From positions 1 through 64,000 of the forward strand of contig CAVXJS010000005.1 of the NCBI GenBank assembly GCA_963762145.1: 64,000 nucleotides of DNA, in the 5' to 3' direction. Source of the DNA: an uncultured Candidatus Rokubacteria bacterium. Its GTDB lineage: Bacteria > Methylomirabilota > Methylomirabilia > Rokubacteriales > CSP1-6. The position numbers and the translations under genes are program-made. The notes under the pieces were generated by a model. That model had not been told where the DNA came from. It searched no databases and was given only the letters and a program-made list of their open reading frames with translations. Numbering within the stretch: the stretch's first letter is position 1; the number at the start of each line of letters is the position of its first letter. Positions 56,662 through 64,000 of this stretch are shown piece after piece.

Positions 56662-57414
56662 GTGAGCCCAGAGCGCCCCGACCAGGACGATTTCCTCGAG
56701 GACGAAGAGCAGGAGGAATACGGCCAGCGCAGCATCTTCGCGACCGGCTGGTTCCGCGCCGTGCTCGTTCTTCTCGTCCTTGCCGTGGTTGCGGTCATCG
56801 CGGTGCCGCTGATCGGCGGCTGGTTCGAGCCGACGCCGCCCCCGAAGGTCACCACGAGACCGAGCGAGCCGTCCACCCCGCCCGTGACGCCGAGCCCGCC
56901 GCCGGCGGCGACGGCGCCATCGCCGCCGCCCGTGAGCCAGATGCCCAGCCAGGCGGCTCCCCCCGTCGCGGCGCCCCCCGCGGCGACGCCGACCCCGGCG
57001 CCGCCCGTGCCGCCGCCATCGATGCCGCCGCCGCCTGCCAGTAGCCCGGCGCCCGCGCGCCCGGAGATGCCGTCCTCGAGCGCATCCAAGGCGGCCAAGG
57101 CCCCGGAGAAGGCCAAGGCGCCCGAACGCACCGCCGCGGTGCCGCCGAGCAAGAGCACGGCGAAGCCGGCGGCCTCGAACGGTGCCTACTGGGTCCAGGT
57201 GGGCGCGTTCAAGGACAGTGGCAATGCCGAAGGCCTGGCCCGCAAGCTCCGCTCCGAGGGTTACTCGGTCCAGGTGACGCAGGTGACACGCAACGAGCCG
57301 CTGCACGTCGTGCGGGTGGGCGGCTATCCGGATCGCTCGCGGGCCAGCGCGGCCCGCGAAGAGCTGCAGGGCAAGGGACAGACGGGCTTCGTGACCTCGG
57401 GCCCGCCCAAGTAA
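56662..57414 (+). CDS. SPOR-domain membrane protein (FtsN/DedD-like)
   Basis: Acidic N-terminus, single TM, Pro-rich linker, YWVQVGAFKDSGNA...VRVGGY. Confidence 0.85.
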   Translation: MSPERPDQDDFLEDEEQEEYGQRSIFATGWFRAVLVLLVLAVVAVIAVPLIGGWFEPTPPPKVTTRPSEPSTPPVTPSPPPAATAPSPPPVSQMPSQAAPPVAAPPAATPTPAPPVPPPSMPPPPASSPAPARPEMPSSSASKAAKAPEKAKAPERTAAVPPSKSTAKPAASNGAYWVQVGAFKDSGNAEGLARKLRSEGYSVQVTQVTRNEPLHVVRVGGYPDRSRASAAREELQGKGQTGFVTSGPPK

Positions 57415-57428
57415 ACCGACGAGGGGAG

Positions 57429-57710
57429 GTGACGGCGCTGACCAAGAACGATCTGATCAATGCGGTGGCGGCCCACGGGCTGTCGAAGCGGCAGTCCGCT
57501 GCCGTGGTCGAATCGCTGTTCGACATCATCTTCCGCTGCTTCGAAAAGGGAGAGGACGTGAAGATCGTCGGCTTCGGGCATTTCCGGATCCGGCAGAAAG
57601 CGTCGCGCCGCGGCCGCAATCCCCAGACGGGCGACAGCATCGAGATCACCGCGCGCAAGGTGCTGACGTTCAAGCCGAGCAAGGGCCTGAAGCTCCGGAT
57701 CAACGTCTAG
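57429..57710 (+). CDS. ihfA: Integration host factor alpha
   Basis: ALTKNDL, VKIVGFGHF, GRNPQTG, ITARKVLTFKPS; ihfA-merR-tRNA-Pro context. Confidence 0.88.
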   Translation: MTALTKNDLINAVAAHGLSKRQSAAVVESLFDIIFRCFEKGEDVKIVGFGHFRIRQKASRRGRNPQTGDSIEITARKVLTFKPSKGLKLRINV

Positions 57711-57727
57711 CCGGAGGCCCGCGGGGT

Positions 57728-58099
57728 ATGAGCACGGTTCCTGACAAGCTCTACTACCGGATCGGAGAAGTCGAGACGATCACGGAGATCCCCGCATACG
57801 TGCTCCGCTACTGGGAGTCCGAGTTCAAGCTGCTCCGGCCGAAGAAGAACCCGGCCGGCCAGCGTCTCTACCGTAAGGCCGACCTCGAGCTCGTCCTCCG
57901 CATCAAGTCGCTGCTCTACGAGGAGCGCCTCACTCTCGAAGGCGCCAAGAAGCGGCTCCGCGGCGAAGCCCGCGGCCTCGATCAGATGGACCTCGGCCTG
58001 CGCGGCGCCACCCTCGAAGAGGTGATCCGCCGCACCCGGACGCGCCTGCAGGCCATCCGGCAGCGCCTCGCCGCCTCCCGACCCGGCCGCTCGTCTTGA
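57728..58099 (+). CDS. MerR-family HTH regulator (ihfA-associated)
   Basis: [25 protein letters not shown]. Confidence 0.88.
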   Translation: MSTVPDKLYYRIGEVETITEIPAYVLRYWESEFKLLRPKKNPAGQRLYRKADLELVLRIKSLLYEERLTLEGAKKRLRGEARGLDQMDLGLRGATLEEVIRRTRTRLQAIRQRLAASRPGRSS

Positions 58100-58124
58100 G
58101 TTTGCCCCATCCAGCCCGTACAAT
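58096..58124 (+). promoter_or_regulatory. Putative sigma70 promoter TTGAGT-17-TACAAT for tRNA-Pro/surE
   Basis: Ends 11 nt upstream of the tRNA 5' end. Confidence 0.55.
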
Positions 58125-58135
58125 GCCCGTTGGGT

Positions 58136-58212
<77 letters not shown>

Positions 58213-58224
58213 ATTTCAATCGAC

Positions 58225-58998
58225 ATGGCGCCCGTGATTCTTGTCACCAACGATGACGGGATTCACGCGCGCGGGCTCCAGGTTCTCGCAGAGGCGCTGG
58301 CCGCGCTCGGCGAGGTGTACGTCGTCGCGCCGGATCGCGAGCAGAGCGCGGTGGGTCACGCCCTCACGCTGCACCGGCCGCTCCGGGTAGACCGGGTCGC
58401 GGAGCGGAAGTACGCGGTGAATGGCACGCCGTCGGACTGCGTGAACCTGGCCGTCCTCGGGCTCTTGCCGGAGCCGCCGGTGCTGGTGGTGTCCGGCGTG
58501 AATCACGGGACGAACCTGGGCGACGACGTGACGTACTCGGGGACGGTGTCGGCCGCGATGGAGGGCACGCTGCTGGGGGTGCCGTCCGTGGCGGTCTCGC
58601 AGGCGGAGCCAGACGCGGAGGGCTTCGACGGGGCGGGGCCGGTGGCCCTCGCGGTGGCCACGCGCCTCCTGGTCGAGGGGCTGCCCGCGAAGACGCTGCT
58701 GAACGTGAACGTACCGCGAGGCGCGGTGAAGGGGATCCGGCTCACGCGGCTCGGCCATCGGGTCTACCGCGAGAAGGTGGTCCAGGAGATGGATCCGCGC
58801 GGGCGCCCGTACTACTGGATCGGGGCGGGCCCGCCGGAGTGGGCGGAGGATGCGGCCTCGGACATCGCGGCGGTGCACGCGGGGTTCGCGTCGGTGACGC
58901 CGCTGCATCTGGACCTGACGCACCACGGCGCGCTCGGCCGCATGAGCGAGTGGGAAGGCGCCTTGAACGCCGTGCTGAAGAAGAAGCGCAAGCGGTGA
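58225..58998 (+). CDS. surE: 5'/3'-nucleotidase SurE
   Basis: ILVTNDDG, GTPSDCV, SGVNHGTNLG, YSGTVSAA. Confidence 0.96.
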   Translation: MAPVILVTNDDGIHARGLQVLAEALAALGEVYVVAPDREQSAVGHALTLHRPLRVDRVAERKYAVNGTPSDCVNLAVLGLLPEPPVLVVSGVNHGTNLGDDVTYSGTVSAAMEGTLLGVPSVAVSQAEPDAEGFDGAGPVALAVATRLLVEGLPAKTLLNVNVPRGAVKGIRLTRLGHRVYREKVVQEMDPRGRPYYWIGAGPPEWAEDAASDIAAVHAGFASVTPLHLDLTHHGALGRMSEWEGALNAVLKKKRKR

Positions 58999-59645
58999 GC
59001 ACGCAGCGCTTCGCGCGCGAGCGCGAGCGCATGGTGGACGAGCAGGTGGCCGGGCGCGGGGTCGCCGACGCGCGGGTGCTCGAGGCGATGCGGCGGGTGC
59101 CGCGGCATCTGTTCGTGGACGAGGCGCTGCGCGATCGAGCCTACGGGGATCACCCGCTGCCGATCGGGGAAGGGCAGACGATCTCACAGCCCTTCATCGT
59201 GGGCCGCATGACCGAGCTGCTGCGGCTGGGTGGGCGGGAGAAGGTGCTGGAGGTGGGAACGGGCTGCGGCTTCCAGGCCGCGGTCCTCGCGGAGCTGGCG
59301 GCGCGCGTGTGCACGATCGAGCGCCTGCCACGGCTGGCCGCGCGGGCGCGCGAGACGCTGGAAGGGCTCGGGTATCGCAACGTGTGGGTGCGGGCCGGCA
59401 ACGGCACGCTGGGGTGGCCGGACGAGGCGCCGTTCGATCGGATCCTCGTCGCGGCGGGCGGGCCGTCGGTGCCGCCGCCCCTGTTCGAGCAGCTGGCGGA
59501 GGGCGGGCGGATGGTGATGCCGGTCGGCGACGCCGCCAACCAGACGCTCGAGGTGATCGACAAGGTGCAGGGGGTGATGAAGGTCACCCGGGACTCCGGG
59601 TGCGTGTTCGTGAAGCTCGTGGGCAAATATGCCTGGGAGTCGTGA
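58995..59645 (+). CDS. pcm: Protein-L-isoaspartate O-methyltransferase
   Basis: VPRHLFV, GQTISQP, LEVGTGCG, APFDRI. Confidence 0.95.
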   Translation: MSTQRFARERERMVDEQVAGRGVADARVLEAMRRVPRHLFVDEALRDRAYGDHPLPIGEGQTISQPFIVGRMTELLRLGGREKVLEVGTGCGFQAAVLAELAARVCTIERLPRLAARARETLEGLGYRNVWVRAGNGTLGWPDEAPFDRILVAAGGPSVPPPLFEQLAEGGRMVMPVGDAANQTLEVIDKVQGVMKVTRDSGCVFVKLVGKYAWES

Positions 59646-59667
59646 GACTCTGGGATGAGGATTCGGA

Positions 59668-59744
59668 CGGGGCGTAGCGCAGCTTGGTAGCGCGCCTGCT
59701 TCGGGAGCAGGAGGTCGCTGGTTCAAATCCAGTCGCCCCGACCA
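59668..59744 (+). tRNA. tRNA-Pro (CGG)
   Basis: CGGGGCG acceptor, anticodon arm CCTGC-TTCGGGA-GCAGG, T-arm, encoded CCA. Confidence 0.96.
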
Positions 59745-59774
59745 TTTTTTTCTCGAGACGTTGGCGGAGCCGGG

Positions 59775-60080
59775 ATGGGTGTCACGGGACTGCGCAGCGC
59801 CGCCGAGATCGTGGTGGAAGGCCGGGTGCAAGGCGTCGGCTACCGCGATTTCGTCCAGCGCAAGGCCGCGTCGCTGGGCCTCGCCGGGTACGTGATGAAT
59901 CTGAAGGATGGGAAAGTGCGCGTGCGCGTGGAAGGCGGGCGCGACCTCATCGAGGAGCTCATGCACGACCTGGGCAAGGGTCCACCGCTGGCGCGTGTGG
60001 ACCACCTGGCCGTCACCTGGCGGCCCCTGACGGGCCGCTACGTGGGCTTCGCCATCCGCTACGCGGAGTTCGACCCGTGA
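59775..60080 (+). CDS. acyP: Acylphosphatase
   Basis: GRVQGVGYR, GYVMNLKDGKV. Confidence 0.92.
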   Translation: MGVTGLRSAAEIVVEGRVQGVGYRDFVQRKAASLGLAGYVMNLKDGKVRVRVEGGRDLIEELMHDLGKGPPLARVDHLAVTWRPLTGRYVGFAIRYAEFDP

Positions 60081-61015
60081 CGGCGCACCCCGGCGTGCCC
60101 ATCCTCCTCGTCCTCATCTTGCTCGTCTCCATCACCGCATCCCACGCCCAGCCCAAGCCCTCGAAGCCGCGGGCCGCCCCCTCGCAGCAGCAGACCATCC
60201 CGGCTCCCCACTGGGGCTCCGCGAAGACCCCGAGCGCGCCGACCGTTAGTCCGAAGGCCGCCGCCGGTCCCAGGACCGCGCCCAGGCCCCCGGTGTGCAC
60301 GCACACCGTGCGGAGCGGCGAGTCGATCAGCCGCATCGCGACCCGGTACCGCGTGACCCGCGCGGCCCTGATCCAGGCCAACCAGCTCGTGAAGCCGGAA
60401 GCCCTCCGGGCCGGCCAGCGGCTGACAGTGCCGGGGTGCGACCGCCCCGTCCCCCAGACCACCGCGGGGGAAACGCCCGGGACCGAGCCGGATGCCGAAG
60501 GTATCCTGATCAAGCGCGTCGGGCCACGGCGCATCTTGACGTCCCTGGTCCTCGGCACCCCCGACTTCCGTGACGAGGGCATCACCCTGGTCTGGCCCGT
60601 GGAGGGCCCCGTGATCTCCACCTTTGGCCAGCGCTCCCGCGGGTGGCACGCCGGCATCGACGTCACGGCGGAGATGGGCTCGCAGGTCTACGCCGCGGCG
60701 GCCGGGACCGTCGTCTACAGCGGCTGGATCCGGGCGTATGGGCAGGTCGTCAAGATCCAGCACAGCAACGGATTCATCACCCTTTACGCCCACAACCAGA
60801 AGAATCTGGTCGAGGTCGGGGAGGATGTGGAGGCGGGCCAGCTCATCGCCACGGTCGGGCGTAGCGGCCACGCCACCGGGCCCCACGTGCACTTCGAGGT
60901 GCGCCGCGACGGCAAGGCCTACAATCCGCTCCACCTGCTCGAGCCGTCCGACAAGAGCCCGGTCTTCGATGACGACATCGCATCGTCCAGCTCGGAGCAC
61001 GACCCTCACGAGTGA
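60077..61015 (+). CDS. LysM + M23 peptidase protein (NlpD-like)
   Basis: Signal peptide, LysM HTVRSGESISRIA, HAGID, YAHN, GPHVHFEVR; directly precedes the sigma factor. Confidence 0.9.
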   Translation: MTAHPGVPILLVLILLVSITASHAQPKPSKPRAAPSQQQTIPAPHWGSAKTPSAPTVSPKAAAGPRTAPRPPVCTHTVRSGESISRIATRYRVTRAALIQANQLVKPEALRAGQRLTVPGCDRPVPQTTAGETPGTEPDAEGILIKRVGPRRILTSLVLGTPDFRDEGITLVWPVEGPVISTFGQRSRGWHAGIDVTAEMGSQVYAAAAGTVVYSGWIRAYGQVVKIQHSNGFITLYAHNQKNLVEVGEDVEAGQLIATVGRSGHATGPHVHFEVRRDGKAYNPLHLLEPSDKSPVFDDDIASSSSEHDPHE

Positions 61016-61024
61016 GGGCTTCGC

Positions 61025-61966
61025 ATGGCTGAGATGGCGGATGAGCTGGAGGACGGCGACGAGCCCCTCGAGGCCCTGCTCGACAAGGACCCGGCCGAGC
61101 TCGGCGAGAAGCCCGATGCGCCCGAGGCCGGCAACCGCAGCCGCGAGCTGATCGCGCTCTACCTGCAGGAGATCGCCCGGGTCAAGCTGCTGACCCCGGA
61201 GGAGGAGCAGGACCTGGCCCGTCGCGTCCAGGCGGGCGACGCCGAGGCCGAGAAGCGGCTCGTCGAGGCCAACCTGCGCCTCGTGGTCCGGATCGCCCGG
61301 CGCTATCTCCACCGCGGGCTCTCTCTCCTCGACCTGATCGAGGAGGGCAATGTCGGGCTGCTCCACGCCGCGCGCAAGTTCCAGCCGAATCGCGGCACGC
61401 GCTTCTCGACCTACGCCACGTGGTGGATCCGCCAGGCGGTGGTGCGGGCCCTCGCCAACCAGGCCCGGACCATCCGCCTGCCGGTCCACGTCGAGCTGCT
61501 CCTGTCGCAGTACATGAAGCAGCGGAACCTGCTCACCCAGAGGCTCGGCCGGGCGCCCACGCTCGAGGAAGTCGCGGCGGTCATGAACCGGCCGGCGGGC
61601 GAGCTCGAGCAGCTCGAGAGCCTCCGCCAGCATCCCGTCTCGCTCGACAAGCCCACCGGCGAGGACGGGAAGGGCAGTCTCGGCGATACGGTCGAGGATC
61701 CGAACGCGGCGGCGGGCAGCGGGCTCGCGGCCATGCTGCGCGCCCGGGCCGACCTGGCCGGCGTGCTCCAGGATCTGCCCGACCGCGAGCGCACCGTGGT
61801 GACCCTGCGCTTCGGCCTGGCCGGCGAGGAGCCGATGACGCTCGAGCGCATCGGCCAGCGCCTCGGGCTCACCCGCGAGCGGGTGCGCCAGATCGAGGGC
61901 GCCGCGCTCCGGCAGCTACGGCGCCTGCTCGCCGCGCGCGACGTCGAGGCGTCGGATCTGCAGTGA
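61025..61966 (+). CDS. rpoS: Group 2 sigma70 factor, RpoS-like
   Basis: [42 protein letters not shown]; surE-pcm-nlpD-rpoS synteny. Confidence 0.8.
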   Translation: MAEMADELEDGDEPLEALLDKDPAELGEKPDAPEAGNRSRELIALYLQEIARVKLLTPEEEQDLARRVQAGDAEAEKRLVEANLRLVVRIARRYLHRGLSLLDLIEEGNVGLLHAARKFQPNRGTRFSTYATWWIRQAVVRALANQARTIRLPVHVELLLSQYMKQRNLLTQRLGRAPTLEEVAAVMNRPAGELEQLESLRQHPVSLDKPTGEDGKGSLGDTVEDPNAAAGSGLAAMLRARADLAGVLQDLPDRERTVVTLRFGLAGEEPMTLERIGQRLGLTRERVRQIEGAALRQLRRLLAARDVEASDLQ

Positions 61967-62184
61967 GCCCCGGCGAGAAGACCCTGGGCGAGCTGGTGCG
62001 CGAGCTGCGCGAGCGTCAAGGCCTCACCCAGGCGCAGCTGGCCGAGCGGGCCCAGCTCGCGCTCAGCTACATCACCCTGGCCGAGTCGGGCCAGCGGGTG
62101 AATCTGTCGCCGTCGGCGATCGGCCGGCTCGCGCGCGCGCTCGGCGTGCCGAGCCGGGTGCTGGCCGAGCCGGAGCAGAAGTAG
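61963..62184 (+). CDS. Small XRE-family HTH protein (73 aa)
   Basis: [36 protein letters not shown]; GTGA overlap with the rpoS stop. Confidence 0.85.
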   Translation: MSPGEKTLGELVRELRERQGLTQAQLAERAQLALSYITLAESGQRVNLSPSAIGRLARALGVPSRVLAEPEQK

Positions 62185-62192
62185 CCGCCGCG

Positions 62193-62570
62193 GTGGACGC
62201 GCTCGGGAAGGCTCAGACGGAAGGGCGCCGCCTGCAGGGCGCCATCGACGTCGAGTACCACGGAGCGCGGCGCGACAACACGTGGGGCCGCACCCAGCCC
62301 CATGTCGTCGAGCGGTGGCGCCTCGCATTGCGGGCCTGGCTCACCGCCACCGAGGCCGCGCTCGCCGCGAATCCGGCCGCGCTGAGCCGCTTCCGTGCGG
62401 CGCCCGCGGCCGCGAGTCCCGCGCCCGGCGAGAGCGCCGACTGGGTCGAGATTCGCAATGCCCTCGCGGGCAAGCTGACGGTCCTGGCCGCGCTGACCGA
62501 CGAAGCCCGACGCGCCGGGGGAGGCGCCACGCCGACTCCGCCGCCCCGCAGCGTGTGGCGCAAGCCCTGA
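62193..62570 (+). CDS. Hypothetical protein (125 aa)
   Basis: ORF fills the gap between the XRE gene and the convergent methyltransferase; no recognised motif. Confidence 0.55.
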   Translation: MDALGKAQTEGRRLQGAIDVEYHGARRDNTWGRTQPHVVERWRLALRAWLTATEAALAANPAALSRFRAAPAAASPAPGESADWVEIRNALAGKLTVLAALTDEARRAGGGATPTPPPRSVWRKP

Positions 62571-62574
62571 GACG

Positions 62575-63403
62575 TCAGGCGGGCCGGCGGGCCGAGAACA
62601 CCGTGATCGGGTAGAGGCAGTAGTAGTCCGGGGCGCGCAGCACGTTGGCGGACGAGCCCTCGTCGCAGAGCCGGGTGCGCTCCCGCCAGTCCTCCGGGGC
62701 CAGCAGCTCCCGCAGCCGATCTCCCCAGTTGCGCGAGAAGACGGTGTGCTGGATGTAGTCGTGATCGGTCGGAGCCAGCGGCGCGTGGCGCTCCAGCGTG
62801 TAGGTGCGCATCGCGACGCTCGCGAGTCCGGCCGCGCGGAGGGAGGCGGGCGTGGTCTGGCGCCGCTCCTGGAACGAATGCCCCGCGCCCTCGTCGAGCG
62901 TGCGGCGAATCTCGGCGAGCTGGATGCGCCGCTCGAGCTCCGGGTGCCCCGGCAGGAACATCGCCGAGAAGACCTGAGACTCCTTGACGATGACGCGCCC
63001 GCCCGGCCGGACCACGCGGGCGAACTCGCGCAAGGCCTTCTCGGTGTCCACGATGTGGTGCAGCACGTCTCCGCACCACACCCAGTCCAGGCTCCCATCC
63101 GGCATCGGAATGGCGGTGCCGTCCCCACGCCGGAACTCGAGCCGGTCCCCGGCGGTCTCTCCGCCCACGAGGCGCGCGCGCCGCGTCCACCTTGTCCGCC
63201 TCGGGCTCGATGGCCACGACCCGGCCGCCCTGACCCACCGCCTCGGCGAGCCAGAGCGCGTAGAGGCCGACGCCGCAGCCCACGTCGAGCCCGCGCGAGC
63301 CGGCGGGCAACCCCAGCTCGCCGATGATCCGCCGCGCTTCGGGCTCCTGGAAGCGGTTCATGCGCTCGAGCGAGACGTGGGGGCCGGACTCGGCGGGGCT
63401 CAT
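62575..63403 (-). CDS. Class I SAM-dependent methyltransferase (one indel near 63170)
   Basis: LDVGCGVG, GDGTAIPMPDGSLDWV, LREFARVVRPGGRV. Confidence 0.88.
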
Positions 63404-63499
63404 CGCGGGCCATGCTACCAGAGGGCTGCTCCGGCCGGGGTGCTAGAATCGGGACGCTGGCGGCCGACACCTCGAGGCGGCGGCAAGGGACGGGCGGTC

Positions 63500-64000
63500 G
63501 TGAACATCGCGCCACGCGCAGGGTGCACCGGACTCATCCTCCTCGGTCTGCTCAGCGGTTGCTCGAGCACCCCGCCCCCCGCGCCCGCTCCGACGTCAGA
63601 CCAGGACCCGCGCCGGCTGGCGCTCTGGGCGGCGGCGACGGAGTGCGCGGAGGGGAAGCAGGCGTCGCTGCGGGTCGACCGCGTCGACGACAGCGGCCAG
63701 GTCCAGGTCACGATCCTTCCGGGCGGGCAGCCCGCGGTGCCCGCGTTCACCGCGTGCTTCAAGCAGACGGCTCCCGCCAAGCTGGCCGCGGCCGGGCGGG
63801 CGACCAGCCCGGCCCAGATTCTCGAGCCCCGGGTGGCTCCCGAGCCGACCGGCGGCCGACCGGCCCCGCGAGCCACCTCGGTCGCGATCCAGACGATACA
63901 GAACCGGTTCCTGGTGCCGGTCATGCTCAACGGAACCCACGCGGCCACGCTTCTGCTCGACACGGGCGCCAACATCACCGTGCTCACCCCGCAGGTCGCG
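63500..64000 (+). CDS. Lipoprotein with retropepsin-like aspartyl protease domain (partial)
   Basis: Manual translation: MNIAPRAGCTGLILLGLLSGC (lipobox) ... FLVPVMLNGTHAATLLLDTGANITVL; runs off the window. Confidence 0.8.
   Translation, partial: MNIAPRAGCTGLILLGLLSGCSSTPPPAPAPTSDQDPRRLALWAAATECAEGKQASLRVDRVDDSGQVQVTILPGGQPAVPAFTACFKQTAPAKLAAAGRATSPAQILEPRVAPEPTGGRPAPRATSVAIQTIQNRFLVPVMLNGTHAATLLLDTGANITVLTPQVA

Overview
Very GC-rich (roughly 70%+) core-genome segment of a diderm bacterium. Gene order and composition suggest Ca. Rokubacteria / Methylomirabilota, but this is inference only. Nearly all genes are on the + strand in tightly coupled operons. In order: smc (3' end), rodZ-like, ftsY, ribD-ribE-ribBA-ribH-nusB, metallophosphoesterase, lnt, prfB (programmed frameshift), lysS, lolE-lolD, clpC, bamA-skp-lpxA, GnnA-like oxidoreductase, lpxI, DUF374, waaA-lpxK, heptosyltransferase, five GT4s, gmhB-hldA-hldC-waaC-GT2, trpS, scpA-scpB-rluB, pheA-hisC-tyrA-cmk-plsC-rpsA-sppA-ihfB, HIT, mutS-mutL-miaA-hflX, pgsA, PDZ/radical-SAM DUF512, der, SPOR protein, ihfA-MerR-tRNA-Pro, surE-pcm-tRNA-Pro-acyP-nlpD-rpoS-XRE, a methyltransferase (-) and a retropepsin-like lipoprotein. 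Many essential genes carry indels clustered at about 1-4.2 kb and 16-33 kb. These are most likely long-read consensus errors, so boundaries there are approximate. I found no transposase, integrase, prophage, cas or defence genes. The most unusual signal is small-scale: at least three families of short dispersed repeats at gene junctions and in-frame inside housekeeping genes (mutL linker, ribE and scpA tails), plus tandem duplications that copy gene ends (mutL/miaA, GT4) or sit where aroA is expected.
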